NCBI GenBank assembly: GCA_965178125.1
Contig: OZ237761.1
Location: forward strand, 248,001 to 312,000
Reading direction: 5' to 3'
Length of the DNA: 64,000 nt
From: Bilabrum cf. latius
Taxonomy: Eukaryota
The position numbers and the translations under genes were made by a program. The notes beneath the pieces were generated by a model. That model made no database searches and was not told where the DNA came from. It worked only from the letters and a program-made list of their open reading frames with translations. Shown here piece after piece: positions 23,411 through 36,800 of this stretch (positions are counted from its first letter, which is position 1; the number at the start of each line of letters is the position of its first letter).

Positions 23411-25681
23411 TCAAACGGGCAAAAGGAACACGATCGAGCGGTAGTGGTGAGGTCCGGATGACCATGTCGCCTCGAGCGTAAACGGTCCTTTTTCGGTGCT
23501 GCAGTGCCACCTCAGGCGTGGCTTACCACTAGCTTGTTTGGCGCTTTTATCTGTAGCGGCTTGGCCACCGCCCTCGGCTTTTTTGCCCGTCCCTACAGCG
23601 CCCTAGACAGGAGCAGCCTGGATCCCAAGCATCGAGATACGGACGGCTATCTCCGCTATCTGGACCTCAGTTAAGTCATCTGCCTTAACACCTGCACCGT
23701 CGGTCACCGTGTTAGCGAGACAGTCTAGCACAAACTGCACGTACGCCCGCTGGACCCGCTCGAATGGTGGCGTGGCTTCCGTAGCTCCACATGCGTCTCC
23801 GTATCTCCCCTCGTCGCCTGGCTTAAACTTGTACACGTTGCTCAGCACAGTCTGCATCACACCATCGTCCAACAGCACTAGCCAAGGAGCGGCCCGATTG
23901 CGCACTCCCGTAAGTGCATCCTGGTGTGCTTCCTTCAGCGTGGACTTGCCGCCTACCTCCACCTTGGGCATGAATACCTCGGACAGGCCGGCCTCGTTCA
24001 TCATTCGAATTGCTCCAAATGCTTCCATGCTCTTGTGGGCACCTTGCTCCAAAGCAATCGACGATGGAGTTACGCATGCAGGCCCACTTCGGTCGCCCTC
24101 CGCCCCGCTGGATGCCCCACCTACCTATGCAGATAGAACCGACAGCTCCTGCCCCCTCTTGGCCTTCAGCATCTCCCGGCAATCGTCCTTGGCCTCAACG
24201 CTGGCGGCATTGCCCACTTCTCCTGCCCCTTTCTCACCCTCTGTCATTGCCTTGCTACTGCCTTTGCTCTGCTGCCTCCTTGCATGGACTCTGGCACCGA
24301 CAGACTTTCTCGCTGCAGGGTCCTCGTCACCTTGCTCGAACTCGAGAAGACTAACGCACGTATCCAACGCCTGTTTGTCCGCTTTTTCATCCTCATCATC
24401 GGATCCACCGAACTCCACGTCGGCACAGTTGCCATCCCCAGGGTGAGGTCCCGTGCCTCCTACACCGCCCGAGCTGTCTTGGCCTTGGCCACCAACGTTG
24501 CCCGTACCCTATGCAATGCCCACACCCTGTTCTTTGGCGGGACCTACTGCCTCGCCTGAGCCTACTCCCCCCCCACCGTCATTGCCCGAACCTGACTCCG
24601 AGTCGGTGCTCTCCATGCCAGCTTGCGGTGGCGAGCCCTTTACTTTGCTGCTTGCGGCATCAGAACTCCGTACCCTCTTCGCTTCTGGGGAACCGCCGCC
24701 GACGCCCAGAACCTTCGCTGCTGCATCGCGCTGAGAACGAGTGCTCTTCTCACGCAGGTCCCGAATCTCGTCGGCACCGGCGCCTTCTTCAGTAGAGGGC
24801 TTACCCGCCCCTCCGCCTTTGATCGCAGGGGGCTGAGTCTTCTTTCTTTGCGGGCCACTTGCAGCCGCTGCGGCCTCATCAACTGGTTTTGGCTCCGGCT
24901 GGGGTGGAAATAAACCCCAAAACATGCTCGGGTCACGGCAATACAGCTGAGCTAGCTTCTTCCGACCAAGCTAGCTGCAGCCAGGATGTCCCAGCGATGC
25001 AAGTGCAGGGTTTTCCACATTGTGGGATGATGAAATATGCCCAAAGAGATGAGCAAGCCTGGGCGGTTTGGATAGAGTGATCACCCGCAGGCCAGCCTTG
25101 GCCAGCTTCGCCTCTTTACCAAGCGTGTGAAGAGATTCCTAGTATGACAGATACATTCGTATTAATGCTCCCGAGAAAGCCCCACTTCGTTTCATGGCAA
25201 CCTAGAACGCATCATGTGGCACACCGGCAGGGTTGCCCACAAACCCGATGCAGACAGCACCTTGCTCGCATTCGTCCACGAGAGTGGCCACATGTTCGAT
25301 CTTTTCGATCAGCACGTCGTCGACCACGAACATATGGGAGTTCCGCTTGCCAATCTTGACGACAGCGATCGGCTCCCTCTGACACTCCTCAGGCTTGCTG
25401 CCAGTGGGCTTGCACGACTGCAGGAGGCCCTCCGATTCCCAAATGTACCCGCCATCTAGCCAAACAACTGGAACGTGAGGTGGTGTTGGGATAGACACTT
25501 GCAATAGCGACCCGGAGGACGAGTTTCGGTGGCGGGAGGACCGAAAGCACTGCGGCTAGCTCCCCTAGGACTGCGAAAGTTTTTGTTGCTGCGTTTCACG
25601 AAGTGCATCAACACTACACAAGAAGCAAAGTCCAAGAAACGATGCTGTAGAGACCAGTACGAATACACTGGTGGACTGCAT
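23411..25681 (-). CDS. Gene A full-length copy, putative secreted protein (~756 aa with TAG=Q)
   Basis: ORF pieces 25202-25504, 24509-24925, 24125-24418 and 23603-24052 are one frame broken only by TAG. Candidate start MQSTSVFVLVSTASFLGLCFLCSVDA is signal-peptide-like and is followed by ETQQQKLSQS*GS*PQ. TGA at 23411. Start codon uncertain. Confidence 0.55.
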
Positions 25682-25789
25682 CAGCGGTGAATTGGAGGTT
25701 TGCAGATCTCGCAAGCGATCTTTTTTCGTCGCTATAGCAAAAGTGTACGCAAGTGGAAGCTTGAAGTCGCAACGAAGCTGGCCAGCTAC

Positions 25790-26443
25790 GGCAGGCCCGT
25801 CGACCTCGGAGCGCTCGGCGTCCGGATCGGAGGAGAAGACAAGTGGTGTCCTGGGACCGTGAGGACGCAGAAAGGGGCGGTACGCAGTGGCGTGCGGGTC
25901 GTACCCTTTGTGGTGGACGTGTTGGGGGGGATCGGGGAGAAGTCGGTCGAGTTCCTGTAGGTGCTCGATAAGCTGCGGAAGAAGAGGCAGGAGGACAAAG
26001 GGCGGCGGGTTCCGACTCGTCCGGCCAACGCGCGCCTCTCGTGGTCTTCCGTGGCAAAGGCTCGCCTCTCCGTTGCCGCCTAGCACCAGCACGTGCGCGG
26101 GGAACAGCGTGTGTACCACACTATGTACTCACGGGTCATGCAGGACCACTCAAGGATCCTCGATTTTGTCTCGAAGGGATCGAGGAGGGCTGCAGCGAAG
26201 GCCAAACGGGCGCTCGCAAGGGCGATCCGAGAGGACTTTGCCAGCCTGGCTGTAGGGGCAGCCGAAAACAACAACCTCGCCGTGGCGATCGCCAACGTCA
26301 AGGCAGGGTTGGCTCAGAACGGGCAGCAGGACGGGGTGCCGGCAGCGGGCGCCGGAGGGAACGTGAATGCCGACGCTCCCCATGGGGAAATGGGTCCCCA
26401 GGGTGGAGCTTAGGTGGTTTAGGCCATTGCAGCTGAAGCGTGA
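25790..26443 (+). mobile_element. 5'-truncated non-LTR retrotransposon, CRE-like restriction-like endonuclease C-terminus
   Basis: VRVVPFVVDVLGGIGEKSVEFL*VL...KARLSVAA*HQH matches the P-x-V-x-(E/D)-x-x-G-x-x-G...RLSVAxQ pattern at the end of RLE-bearing CRE-type elements. Frame ends at TGA 26441; AATAAA at ~26562. 5' boundary approximate. Confidence 0.6.
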
Positions 26444-26759
26444 AGTCTGGTAGGTCCCGGGCCCTCGTTCCAGATGTTTCTTCGTGATAGCGTGCGCTTT
26501 TGAGTTGAGTCCACAAAATATCAGATCCCCCCCAGTCGCAACTTGCGGAGAAGGGAAGATCAATAAAAGAATGGTAGAAACATCGATCGGAACGACCTAC
26601 CTGATCGACGATTTCCGCACATTTCATATCGGATATTTCCATACTTGATTCAATCTAGTCTGGATTCACTAAACCATTCTTTTGACTTGCGACTTGCAAC
26701 CACCAAGTTATCATTGACTTCTTCAGAAACACCCATATTCCAAGCATGCTCATCACGCA

Positions 26760-29182
26760 TCAAGCGCAATTCATCTGGGGCACGCGCAGCGTCGCTGCCC
26801 CGCTGTCGGGCAGCACGCAGTGCACCACCTGCACAGACGCGCCATTCGCCGCCCCGCGCACAGCTCCAGACCCAGGCACCAACACTGCCACGTCCACGGC
26901 CTCCCCCTGCCTGCCGCGCACCACCACCGAAAACCCGTCGCTGCCGGCCTCGAGCGCGCTGAACCGGTTGGGAGACACGGGCACGAACTTGCTCGGCTCG
27001 CCCAGCAGAGCGTGCCCTGATGGCAGCTCGGGGGCGGCGTTCCACAGCTGCGGTGTGGTCTTGTCGTTGGCGGGCAGGTGGATCTCAGAGAACACACGCA
27101 CGCCCGACCAGTCGCTGCCGTGCAAGTAAGCGTAGTACTGGGCGGGCGCTGGCGGTGCACCCGTGTCCCCCGAGTGCCTCTGGCTGAAGCCCTTCAGCAT
27201 GGTTGGCTGCACGGTGAAGGGGGCGTCGATGGAGGCACTCAGCACGCTGTGCCACCGGTAGGGACCCACGTCCGAGAAGGTGCTCCACAGCTCGCCCTGG
27301 GGACCGCCGCTGCCGAACGCGCGCTGCTGGAAGGTGAGGTCGATGGCAGTGGCGGGCTCGCTGGGCTTGAGGATGCGGCCATCGGCGGTGCAAGTGGACA
27401 TGATGTTGGTGCGGTTCTCCACGCCGATCAGGTCAGATGGGCCCACGGGGCCAGTGGACAGCGTGGACACCATCATCTGCAGGGTCGCTGCCGGCTCGCT
27501 GTCTTGATCGTAGACATGGCACTGCTGCTTGGCCGTGGATGAGTACGCGTCATCCTTCCACGGCGCCAGGCCCAGCGAGTGCGACAGAATGGCAGACACA
27601 CCGATGGACCATTGATCGTTGCCAGGGTTATAGTCTTCTGATGCTCTTGTTTGAGTCACCGCCGGGATCTCCACGCTCTGCATCACGTGCCTGGGGTACG
27701 GCATGCAGTACTGGATTCCCTCGATGCCTGCTGCGTCGGCTCCGGCGCCCATCTGCAGGAGCCACTGCCGGCCCAAGGTGGCAGAGGTGAGCGTGGCGTT
27801 GATGTTCTCGAACTCGTTGTGCAGCCAGTCTTGCTCGTACACCGCCATGCCCCAGTCGCTCGCGTTCCGGAACAGATCCACCCAAAACCTCTCCTCGGTT
27901 GGGATGGCCAAATCTTCGACAATAAAGTCGTATTGCCCGCCATTCTGCTTCGCGTATACGTTCAGTGGGTCCCAGTACCGGTTGTGCGCCACAAACGGCA
28001 TACCGATCTTTTCATGCAAGGTTTGCAGGCCGTCGGGAAAGAAGAACGGCATGGCTGTCCAATTGGTGACGCCCAGGGTCAGTCCCTTGAAGTACCACCA
28101 CGAGTCGAGCTGCATGGATCGGATCGGGATGTCCTCTTTGACCATGTGGGCGGCCACATCCTCCAGAGTCTCAGAGTAGGACTTGCCGTCCTCCGTGCAG
28201 TAGTAGTAGGTGGCTCCGTTGTCCGTGTAGTAGCTCAGGTAGTCGATGGTGCGGTCCCTGTCGGAGAGCACGCAGATGGGCTCCTTGCCGAAGCGGTGCA
28301 GCAGACCGCGGCCCCACTCCAGCATCGTCTGCGTGACGCCCTGCCCAGCGTGCACGATCGTCTCCAGAGTATAGTCGGCAGGGATACTCGTCACACTGCC
28401 CAGCAGCCCAGCATGCACTGCACCGTTCTTGTACACGTGAGACGCCGCCATGAAGTTGCTCGCTGGGGAAATCACCAGGGCGTTCTGCTCGCTCGTGGAA
28501 TCGAACAGCACCAGAGGTGCGCCGCCGCTGATGCCTCCCGGAATCTCCTCTATCTTGGACGAGTTCAGGCGCCCGGAATACGTGCACTCTCGGGTGGCAT
28601 TGGGGCACGCCATGTTGCCGGCCCAGGTCAAGTACCCGAGGGCCATCCCGTCGTCTCCTGCTGGAGTTTCAAACACAGGATACTCAGTGCCCACTGCATC
28701 ACGGTCATTGGAGCCAATGCTAGATACTCCTTTCGGGAAATGCTGCGATCCAACTGCTTGAGATCCATGAGCAGCACGTAATCAAGAACAAGTGAGGAAA
28801 GGCAATGCAGCTCAAGCATATGACTTACTTGCTCGAAAATAACGGTCTCAATGCCCCCATCAGTGTAGTCTCGTACTGCTGTGCGAACTGGCTCGCCAGT
28901 TGATGCTACCTGCCACTCGAACACTGTCCGCTAAAACGAACCAAATGGGTCGTACCCGGTCGACACTTTCGTCTACAGGAGCTGCAAGCCTCCATTGTGA
29001 TTCGTTTGCATAGTTCCACGCACGAACACCCCTGTAGTATTTGTATACAGCCACCGCTAGTCATTCACACTGAGTGCAACCCCGCCATCGGTACTCAGGG
29101 ACACCTGCAAGCCGGCTCCACTGCCTGCACTGGCCACCGCCGCACTCAGCAAAGTAGAAACGAGTAAAACAATATTGTGCAT
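26760..29182 (-). CDS. Secreted glycoside hydrolase-superfamily (TIM-barrel) protein, ~778 aa
   Basis: complement(join(26760..28742,28829..29182)), intron GTAAGT..CGCAG. Signal peptide MHNIVLLVSTLLSAAVASA. Motifs YYTDNGATYYY, MQLDSWWY, HNRYW, YEQDWL, IQYCM, RASEDY, STGPVGPSD. Three TAGs, all in exon 1. Exact family not assigned. Confidence 0.8.
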
Positions 29183-29604
29183 CGGGAGCTATCAGCAGAG
29201 TTTTGAAATGATTCGTTCATCCTTTGCGGTGAGGCATCACAATCCGGATCCTTGTACTCCGATCGAATGACTTCTGCAGCAGGATAATTGCATGCCTGGC
29301 GCTTCACTGCAGATCCCCTGGTATCTGATCATATCGAACAGGACCTCTCTCCCAAACCTCCAGCAAGCGATGCGTCTGCCCGGTGGGCCACGACAGCCGA
29401 CTGCAACAACGCCAGCGCTCTACAGAGCTCACAACTGCTCGGTTGGACCAGTCATCCCTTGATGTAGGATAGTCAGGCTGTTACTGAGGGAAGGCTCTTG
29501 CTGTCCCTTGATGGCACTCTGTGCCTGCACCACCAGCACCCGTTGGTGCGATGGGTAGATTGGTGAATCGTGTCTGTGGGCGACACGCTGCCAAAGGAAA
29601 TGAA

Positions 29605-30276
29605 TCAGTCGACTGATGCCCCCTTCTTCTCTTTTGCTTTCTTGGCCTTCTTTCGCTTCTCTGCGTCCCCACCGGCTGCAGCACCGTCGGCAGTTTTGAC
29701 TTTCTTCTTCTTCTTCTTTTTCTTCTTTTTCTTGGCCTCTGGCTCAGGCAGAGGAGGAGGGGGCGGAGGTGGTGCTGGGGGAGCCAGGAGCATCACACGC
29801 TCATCCACTGCTTTGGCAGACACCTGGATAGCAGGGGATACCCACCCTGCCGGCGTCTCAACCCCAACCCAATTCAGGCTGCCCACTCGTGCTTTGCACT
29901 TGTCGCTCGGGCAGTACAGTTTGCCTTCCACGTCTTTGCTTGCGCCTTCCATCCACTTCAAAGCTTCTTTGAGGAAGTAACTGTTCGTGTCTGAAACATG
30001 TGGTCCGCTGCCGACGATGCCTGTTCCTGGCGAAGCAGAACTCGCGGATTTCATTGCTCCGATTCCTTCGATCGCAATGTCTTTACGAAACAATGGCTAT
30101 CTACACCGCTTGCAGCACAAAACTCGAGTGCGCACTTTTACTGGGGCGGCTTCAGCGGGCGCAGCACAAGAAGCAGTCGCACATTCGGCAGCAGCAACTT
30201 GGACAGGTTCTGGTGACACTGGGCCTGCAGCTCTGCTTGGATGCGCTGCAATTGATATTGGTGGCTACTCTTCCAT
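29605..30276 (-). CDS. YVH1/DUSP12 C-terminal zinc-binding-domain protein without a visible phosphatase domain
   Basis: CCKRCR*PLF...SYFLKEALKWM...EGKLYCPSDKCKARVGSLNWVG...WVSPAIQVSAKAVD, Lys-rich tail, TGA at 29605. Start (MEE*PP) uncertain; an upstream exon is possible. Confidence 0.7.
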
Positions 30277-30836
30277 TTCAAGGCATCCGATTGCGACAAT
30301 ATTTGTCGTGGTAATGGCACGATCAGATTTCGTCGTTGTTCGCCCAGTGTGACGAGGACGGGCGATGGAGGGGCATCCTGTCCTGCATCATGATCCGCTG
30401 TACCAGCAAAGACCATCCTGCTGATTTGCTGCAGAGCCGCATTCCAAAGTGCAAATAGCTAGCAGGGTCACCCTGTGGTCATGTGCATGCCTAGTATTGA
30501 CGCCTTCGCTGTTACATGGTGACATACCGCCGTGTCCCCAAGCAGAATAATAATATTCCCACCGAGTGTGACCTGAGGTCAGGCTGAGGGTCGCAGTAGT
30601 TGCGCAGCAGCTGGCAGTTTGCAGAGCGTGATCATAATCTAACTTGTCTCGTAGATATCAACACTGGTACACAAGCGACAAAAAGCTATGGCAAACACCA
30701 TCTCATGGTGTATGCGAATTGGATCACGCTCGTGGGCCGGCCCAGCCCAAGCCCGTGCGTGACGCCTGCAATGGCTCAACATTGCGAAACATTGGCGCTG
30801 CTGCATGATGCGATCGACAAGCAATCCCGGAGACGT

Positions 30837-33800
30837 TCATAGAAACTCCGTCTTCTGCAGCACCACCTCTGCCCCGTCCGTGGCCTTGTATCCATGGAAC
30901 AGGGGCAGCACATCGGTGGGGCCCAGGGTGCTGGCACCCTTCCCCTCCTTGCGCTCTTCCTTAAGTTCTTCCTCATTTTCTTCTCCAACCTCTTCCACCT
31001 GGACCATGGTGCTCTTGCCGTTGAAGGTCGCCTTGATTGCATTCAAGTCGCCAATCGACGACTGCACCGCTTGCTCCCACGGCTGGGCCAGCAGGCCTGT
31101 TTCTTGCATAAGGCCCAGCACGGACAGCTCCGTGGTTAATGTGATGACGGTACGGCGCGAGTCCTGCCACTTCTCCGGCAATTTCTCAATGGAGTCGGCG
31201 TGTACAGCCTCCGCCGTGGATGAGCGGTCCAGCACGAATTCGAATCCCACCACTTGAGTACTGCTGCTAGCGCTTGCCACCACCACCAGCGGGTGGGACT
31301 GCAGCCGGGTGCGCTTCTCGTCCTTGCCCTCTCTGGTGGGGCTCTTGTTCGGTAGATACCGCTTCATGAACTTGGACAGCGGCTCCGGATCTACGAGACC
31401 CGTCACTGCCCCGATGAGAGCGGCTGGGCCCGCAGTGCTGATCCCGCCGTCCTTGGTCACGATTAGGTAGGGAGACGTACGGAAGGCCAGCGCCATTGCA
31501 ACGAGGTCACCCACCCTGGCCGAGGGCGTGCCGAGAGCGTGGGAAAGACTCGGCGTGCTCTCGTCGTGCAGGTCATCTTCCTCGTCCTGATCGCCAGAAG
31601 AGGCCAGCCCTAGCTGCAGGGCATAGCTTTTGAGAGCGTGGACGGTCTTGTCGATCGGGTGCCGCAGCTTACCGTGAGTGCTGGAGGCACGTGCACCGCG
31701 AAGAGTTCTTCTTCTCCTGTTGGCTCGCATGCCGGACCGGCCATGCTGCAGCTACAAGAGGACGGAATTCCCATCCTGGGCGCTGGATGGTTGGTCATTG
31801 CTTTCCAGCAATGGCGACACATCGCTCTTCAAAGCTCCTTGGCGTTCACGCGACGTCACTTTGCCCCTGGTGAGACGGCTGTCTTGGCCCGCTCGATTCA
31901 GAGTCTTCGTGTCCAAGCCAGACCCATCTCCGGACAGCCACTCCTCGAGCATGCCATCGTCGAATGCAGCCTGCAGCTCGGTGTCGAGCAGCTTCAGGTC
32001 CATCTCTCCCATGACCACTTGCGCGATGCGAGCCAGCGCTCTAGCGTCAGAATGCCTACCGTCCTTCTTGGCACCTTCAATGAGATCGACGAGGTGCATG
32101 ATGGCGTGCTCCAGGCCAGCGAATGCAGCCCGCTCGGGTCGCATAGTGATATCTGAGGTCTTGACGGAACCATCTTCGACGCTCTGGTCAAGTTGTTGCA
32201 CCGCATGGCCACCGTCTGTAGGGACTCCGATCCAGCGCGGCACGCAGTTGTCCCAGAACGCCGAAGCCACCTCGGTTTGCGTTCGGGCAGCCTCCACTGC
32301 GATGGACCTTGTAGCTGCAGCCAGCCTGCGCGTCAGCTGCTCCTGCTGCTCGAGGGCCAGGGAGGCAAGCTCGAGAGCAACCGCGGGCTTCTCCTTGAAT
32401 TTCTTTGCATGATCGGAGGCAATGCTGACCGCGATTTGGAAGGCAGCCTCTCTCAGCTGATCCAGATCTAGCCCGCCGGCAGGATCGTCGCTGAAGACGG
32501 GCATGCACTGGCTGTCGCCCAGCTTCCAGAGGTCTTCCAGAATCACGTCACGAGCCTCCATGGCAGCGAGCCTCAGTGGCTTTGACATGCCCACGTCACT
32601 CAGCGCGTATACCTCGGAGCGGGCCAGCCCAGTCTGCTCGTCCGCCACGAATGGCGTGGCGCCTTGGAATGCCAAGAACGCCGCCAGCCCTCGATGGAAG
32701 CTGTGCGAGTCGGTTGAAGAGCCTCCGAGCTCGCCGGCCAGCCAGAACTCCTCGTCTAGCACCTGCCGGACAGCGTCACGAAGCGGCGCATCGACATCAA
32801 GATCATCGAACAGCACGGGCCGCACCTTCACCTTATCCTCGCACAGCAGCCCGCTGTAGCCCTGCTCGCACTCGCAGACGGCGCGCAGTTTACCCAGCGA
32901 TGGTGTCGCCTCTGCCACGTCCATGGAAAGACTCACGGCATCGCGGAGTTTGCACTGCCCGTGTCCCGAGCAATACGTGGGCTTGTCGTCAATCGAGGCC
33001 TCACCGCACCAACCCTTGGACAGCCGACTGGCTCCGTTCACCGCCTTCTTCACGTCTGCCTCAGTGGCCCTCGGGACCGAGTAATCCTTGGTGACATGCA
33101 GGAACAGGGCAGGGGCATTCGAATCTGTGCGCGCCTCGACTAGATCGTTGCCTGTCTCCTGGTTAGCCCTGGTCGCCCTGTCAACCATGGAATACGGCGA
33201 GGCAGTCAGTCGCCAGTCCTTCTTCTTGGCAGCATAGGGGCTCTTGAATGCAATTGAATAGACCCGCTCCCCTCCCTTGTTGATGCGCAGGTACTAGTCA
33301 TTTTCGGGGAAGTTCTTGCTGGAAAAGATGCCTGGAGTCAGAGGCGCCCGCGTGCTTTTCACCTCCAGCTTGGAAATGGGGGGCCCGTTGCCATGCAGAG
33401 CGACCAAAGCCTACGAAAAAGCAGCGTAATTCTTCGCGTCGGGTTTCAGCCCCTTGTTTTTGCTGCGAGTGACCGCCCGACTGAACCCGACGGGCGCGAA
33501 CACCTGGTTCTCTCCCTGGATGCGCAGGTAGTAGTCGTCGTTGAGGCAGGTAGCTGTGCTCAGGCCTGCTTTTCGGTCCCCGATAAAGATCTTAGTTCCC
33601 TCCGCCTACACGACTGATACAGCTTGCGCTCGGCTGTATGCCCGCTAGCTGGGGCTGAAGGACTTGACGGGGCCAGAGACAGAGGTGTCCCTCATCTCGG
33701 GCTGGCTCTGGAATAGGTGCAGGTCGCTTCGACCTGCCTACGCGATACCAGCATAGGCGCTCTTTGCCCATGCATCGTGTTGCATGCCAACCAGATCCAT

Positions 33801-36800
33801 GGCTTGAGTCGAAGTCTGCATGTACACCTCCGTGCGTTCCATGCCGTCGAAGACGAGGCCAAGCATGCTGCGCCCAACCGCCGAGTTCTCGAGTTTGAAC
33901 CACTTGAACAGCTTGCGTGAGATCCCCTGAACTCCGTACACGGGCACGTCACCTCCCATAAGGCCTGTCACTGCTGGCCGTAGTCCTTGAATCTGCGCGA
34001 CACTGCCGGTGATGGACCCTTTGCCCAGGTCTCGCAAGGCGACCTCCAGCTCGGTTGATTTTGTCGCGAGCGCCGCACCTTCTCTGCTCTCCTTCTGGAT
34101 CTGTAAAGAACCAAGCGGTGCTATCTTGCTGTTGGACTCCATCTGCTCTTGCAGCTCCATTCGTAGCGTGACTGCCTACTGTTTCAGCTAAATGGAGGAC
34201 TTGACGAGGGCCAGTCCGTACCCTAGCCCTGTGTTCTCGCGACCGCTCCAGGCGTCGGAATCCAGTGCAGCCGCCGTCACGTCCAACCTCGGATCGTTGT
34301 CTCGAAATGCGACTAGGTCCACGACGCGATCGTGTTTCATCTTGTCAGAGCTAGCTAGATCAGTGACTGAGGCCTCGAGCGTGGCTGGGATTGCATTCTA
34401 GGCCGATCCAGGCGCAATCAGCCCAAGGATTCCCTGGTCGCCGAATCTTCGCCGCGGCATAGCAGCGTCCTTGCTGGCTTCCCACCCGGTGTATTCGCTC
34501 GGCCACAGGTGCAGCTTCTTCCGATCGTCCATGTTCGGAGGAGCTGCGTGGCATCGCAGTTGGAACATGGCTGAGTCCAGTTCCTTCAGAGCCATTCCGA
34601 GCGGTCCCGTAGCGATGGGGTTGTCGATCTTCGGATTTGTTGGGTCAAGGAGAAGCGGTGATCCCGCCTAAAGAGGCTAGTTCACGGTATCCTGCTCCAG
34701 GTACCGGATGAGTCCCGCAAGACTGGCACGCTGCGCTTCGTGCATTACGCACTGCTGGTACACAAAGTCGTCCAGCATGCGCCACAGCCGGTAGCCCAGG
34801 GCCTGCGTGAGCTTGTGCTAGACCTTGGCCTTGTACACTACGTCCACGATGGCGCTCACTAAACTGATGATGTTCTGCACCATGTCTTTCAGGCCGACCG
34901 CGATGGCAACCGCGTCTCCAACGATCGGGACGGCAGTCATGGCAGGCCCCAACACCTCCTTGAGCTCTCCTGCGAAGTCTTTGATGGTTGCGACCATCTG
35001 CTCCACTGCTGCGATTCCAGACTGTTCGCCCATCTTCATGATCTGCGAGACGGCCGCCTTGGCTAGTGCACCGGTGCTGATACCAAGTTCTTTCTATATC
35101 TTATCGATGCCAGCTTTGGTGCCTTCCTTGACTGCCTCGCCCACGCCTTCCTTGACTGCCTCGCCCACGGCCTTCGTCGCATCGACGACTGATGCCTTCG
35201 GTCGGGTTGCCACGGCGATCTGACGCTTCACCATCTAAAGGGCACGCGAATTTGAGCTCTTACCATCGTTGTAGGCCCTGTCCTTCTTGTCCCAGGACTG
35301 AAGACGCTCATTCGTGTCCGAAAGGCTGTCAGACTCCAGGAGAGCTTCTGCGGATAGCTGCAACTGTGAGCTCACGACATCGCGGATGACTTGCTCGTCT
35401 TCAAGCGTGATCAGCATGTCGCGCTCTGGATTGCTGCCCTGCGCATCTCTGCTTGCTACACCAGCCGACGAGAGAGCATCTAGCGTGGACTGCAGCTGGG
35501 CTAGCCCAGATGCCGCAGCAGCCGGCTTGCAGTATCTAAGCACGTCAAAGCTCGGGATGGCCCTGCCGCTCTCGAAGAACAGGGGAAGCAGGTTTACGGT
35601 GTCTGGCATCCACTTCCTCAGCCTCTTAGTCTCTTCGAATCTGTCTTCGAACAGGGCCTCCCAAGCGACCGCGAATTGCTTCTGCACCTCCACGTTTCCC
35701 AGGTCAAGCTGTCGCCGGAAGGGGCTGGTAGCGTCTGCTGGCTTGGTCGTCTTTTCGTACTCTTTCGTCGCGAGGTCGCCGCACCAGTCCACGTATGCCT
35801 TCGGTAGCTCCTTGGCTGGGGCACTGAGCACGCCTGCTGCTTGAGCTTCCTTGAGCAAAGATTCGGCGAAGCCGGCACGGCTGAATTTCGCTGATTTGTG
35901 CCAGCTCCCCTCCACCCAGTCCATCGGGGTTGCGAGCGGGTTCGTGGCCTTGTCGATGCTGATGGCAATCTTGTTGACGAATGCGTCTGCCAGGGTGTCC
36001 TTTATCTCGTCTAGCTTGGAAGAAGCTTTGTCGACCGCGCTGCTGAGCCAAGAGCGCTTCGCTCCGTTCCATCCACTGACATCGATGCGATACGTGCGCA
36101 GCTTCTAGTAGGCCTTGCCTGTGTAGAATTCCAGCTCGTGCTTGCTGTCGTCTTCAAAGTAGGACATTCTTTCATGCTCACGGAACTCGCCGTGGCCTGC
36201 GAGCAGCTTGCGGATCTTCTGCGGCGCTTTCAGCTTCTGTAGCAGGGGGTTGGACTCGATGTTTCGAATGGCCAGGGCCGCCTTGGCCGCGTTCATCTGC
36301 TTCTGCATGAAGCCTTGCGGGCGTACGATGAGCCCCTCCTTTTCAAGGGCCGACTTGGTGATGCGACGCCCTCGGGTGTTCTGAAAGAACTGGATCAGGG
36401 AGGCTCTGCCTTCGCCGCGAGCTCCACCGGTGCTCGTGTCGAAGGCCTTGATGAAGGCCACGAGAGCATCTCTGACCGCCTTGGCGCGGTTCTTCTAGTC
36501 CGTCATCTCGTTAGTGGAGCCTTTTCCGGGCATGGGTTTGACGAGCTGCATGTTAGTGTCTTCATCATCGCTTCTTGCGACCTGCTTGGCCACGGATCGA
36601 TCGATGGATGCTTCATCTTCATCACTGATCGAGGACGTCGATTTCTGCGACTTGACGGCCTTCGCCAGTTTCCCGGCTGCCTTGGTAGCCAGCCCAATCA
36701 CAAAGTTCACTGCCTGTTCCGCCTTTTTGCTGAAGCTCGGCTGTTCCGGAGAGACGGTCGCATCGGTGCATAGAGCCGACAAGACTGCTGCTTCGCGATA

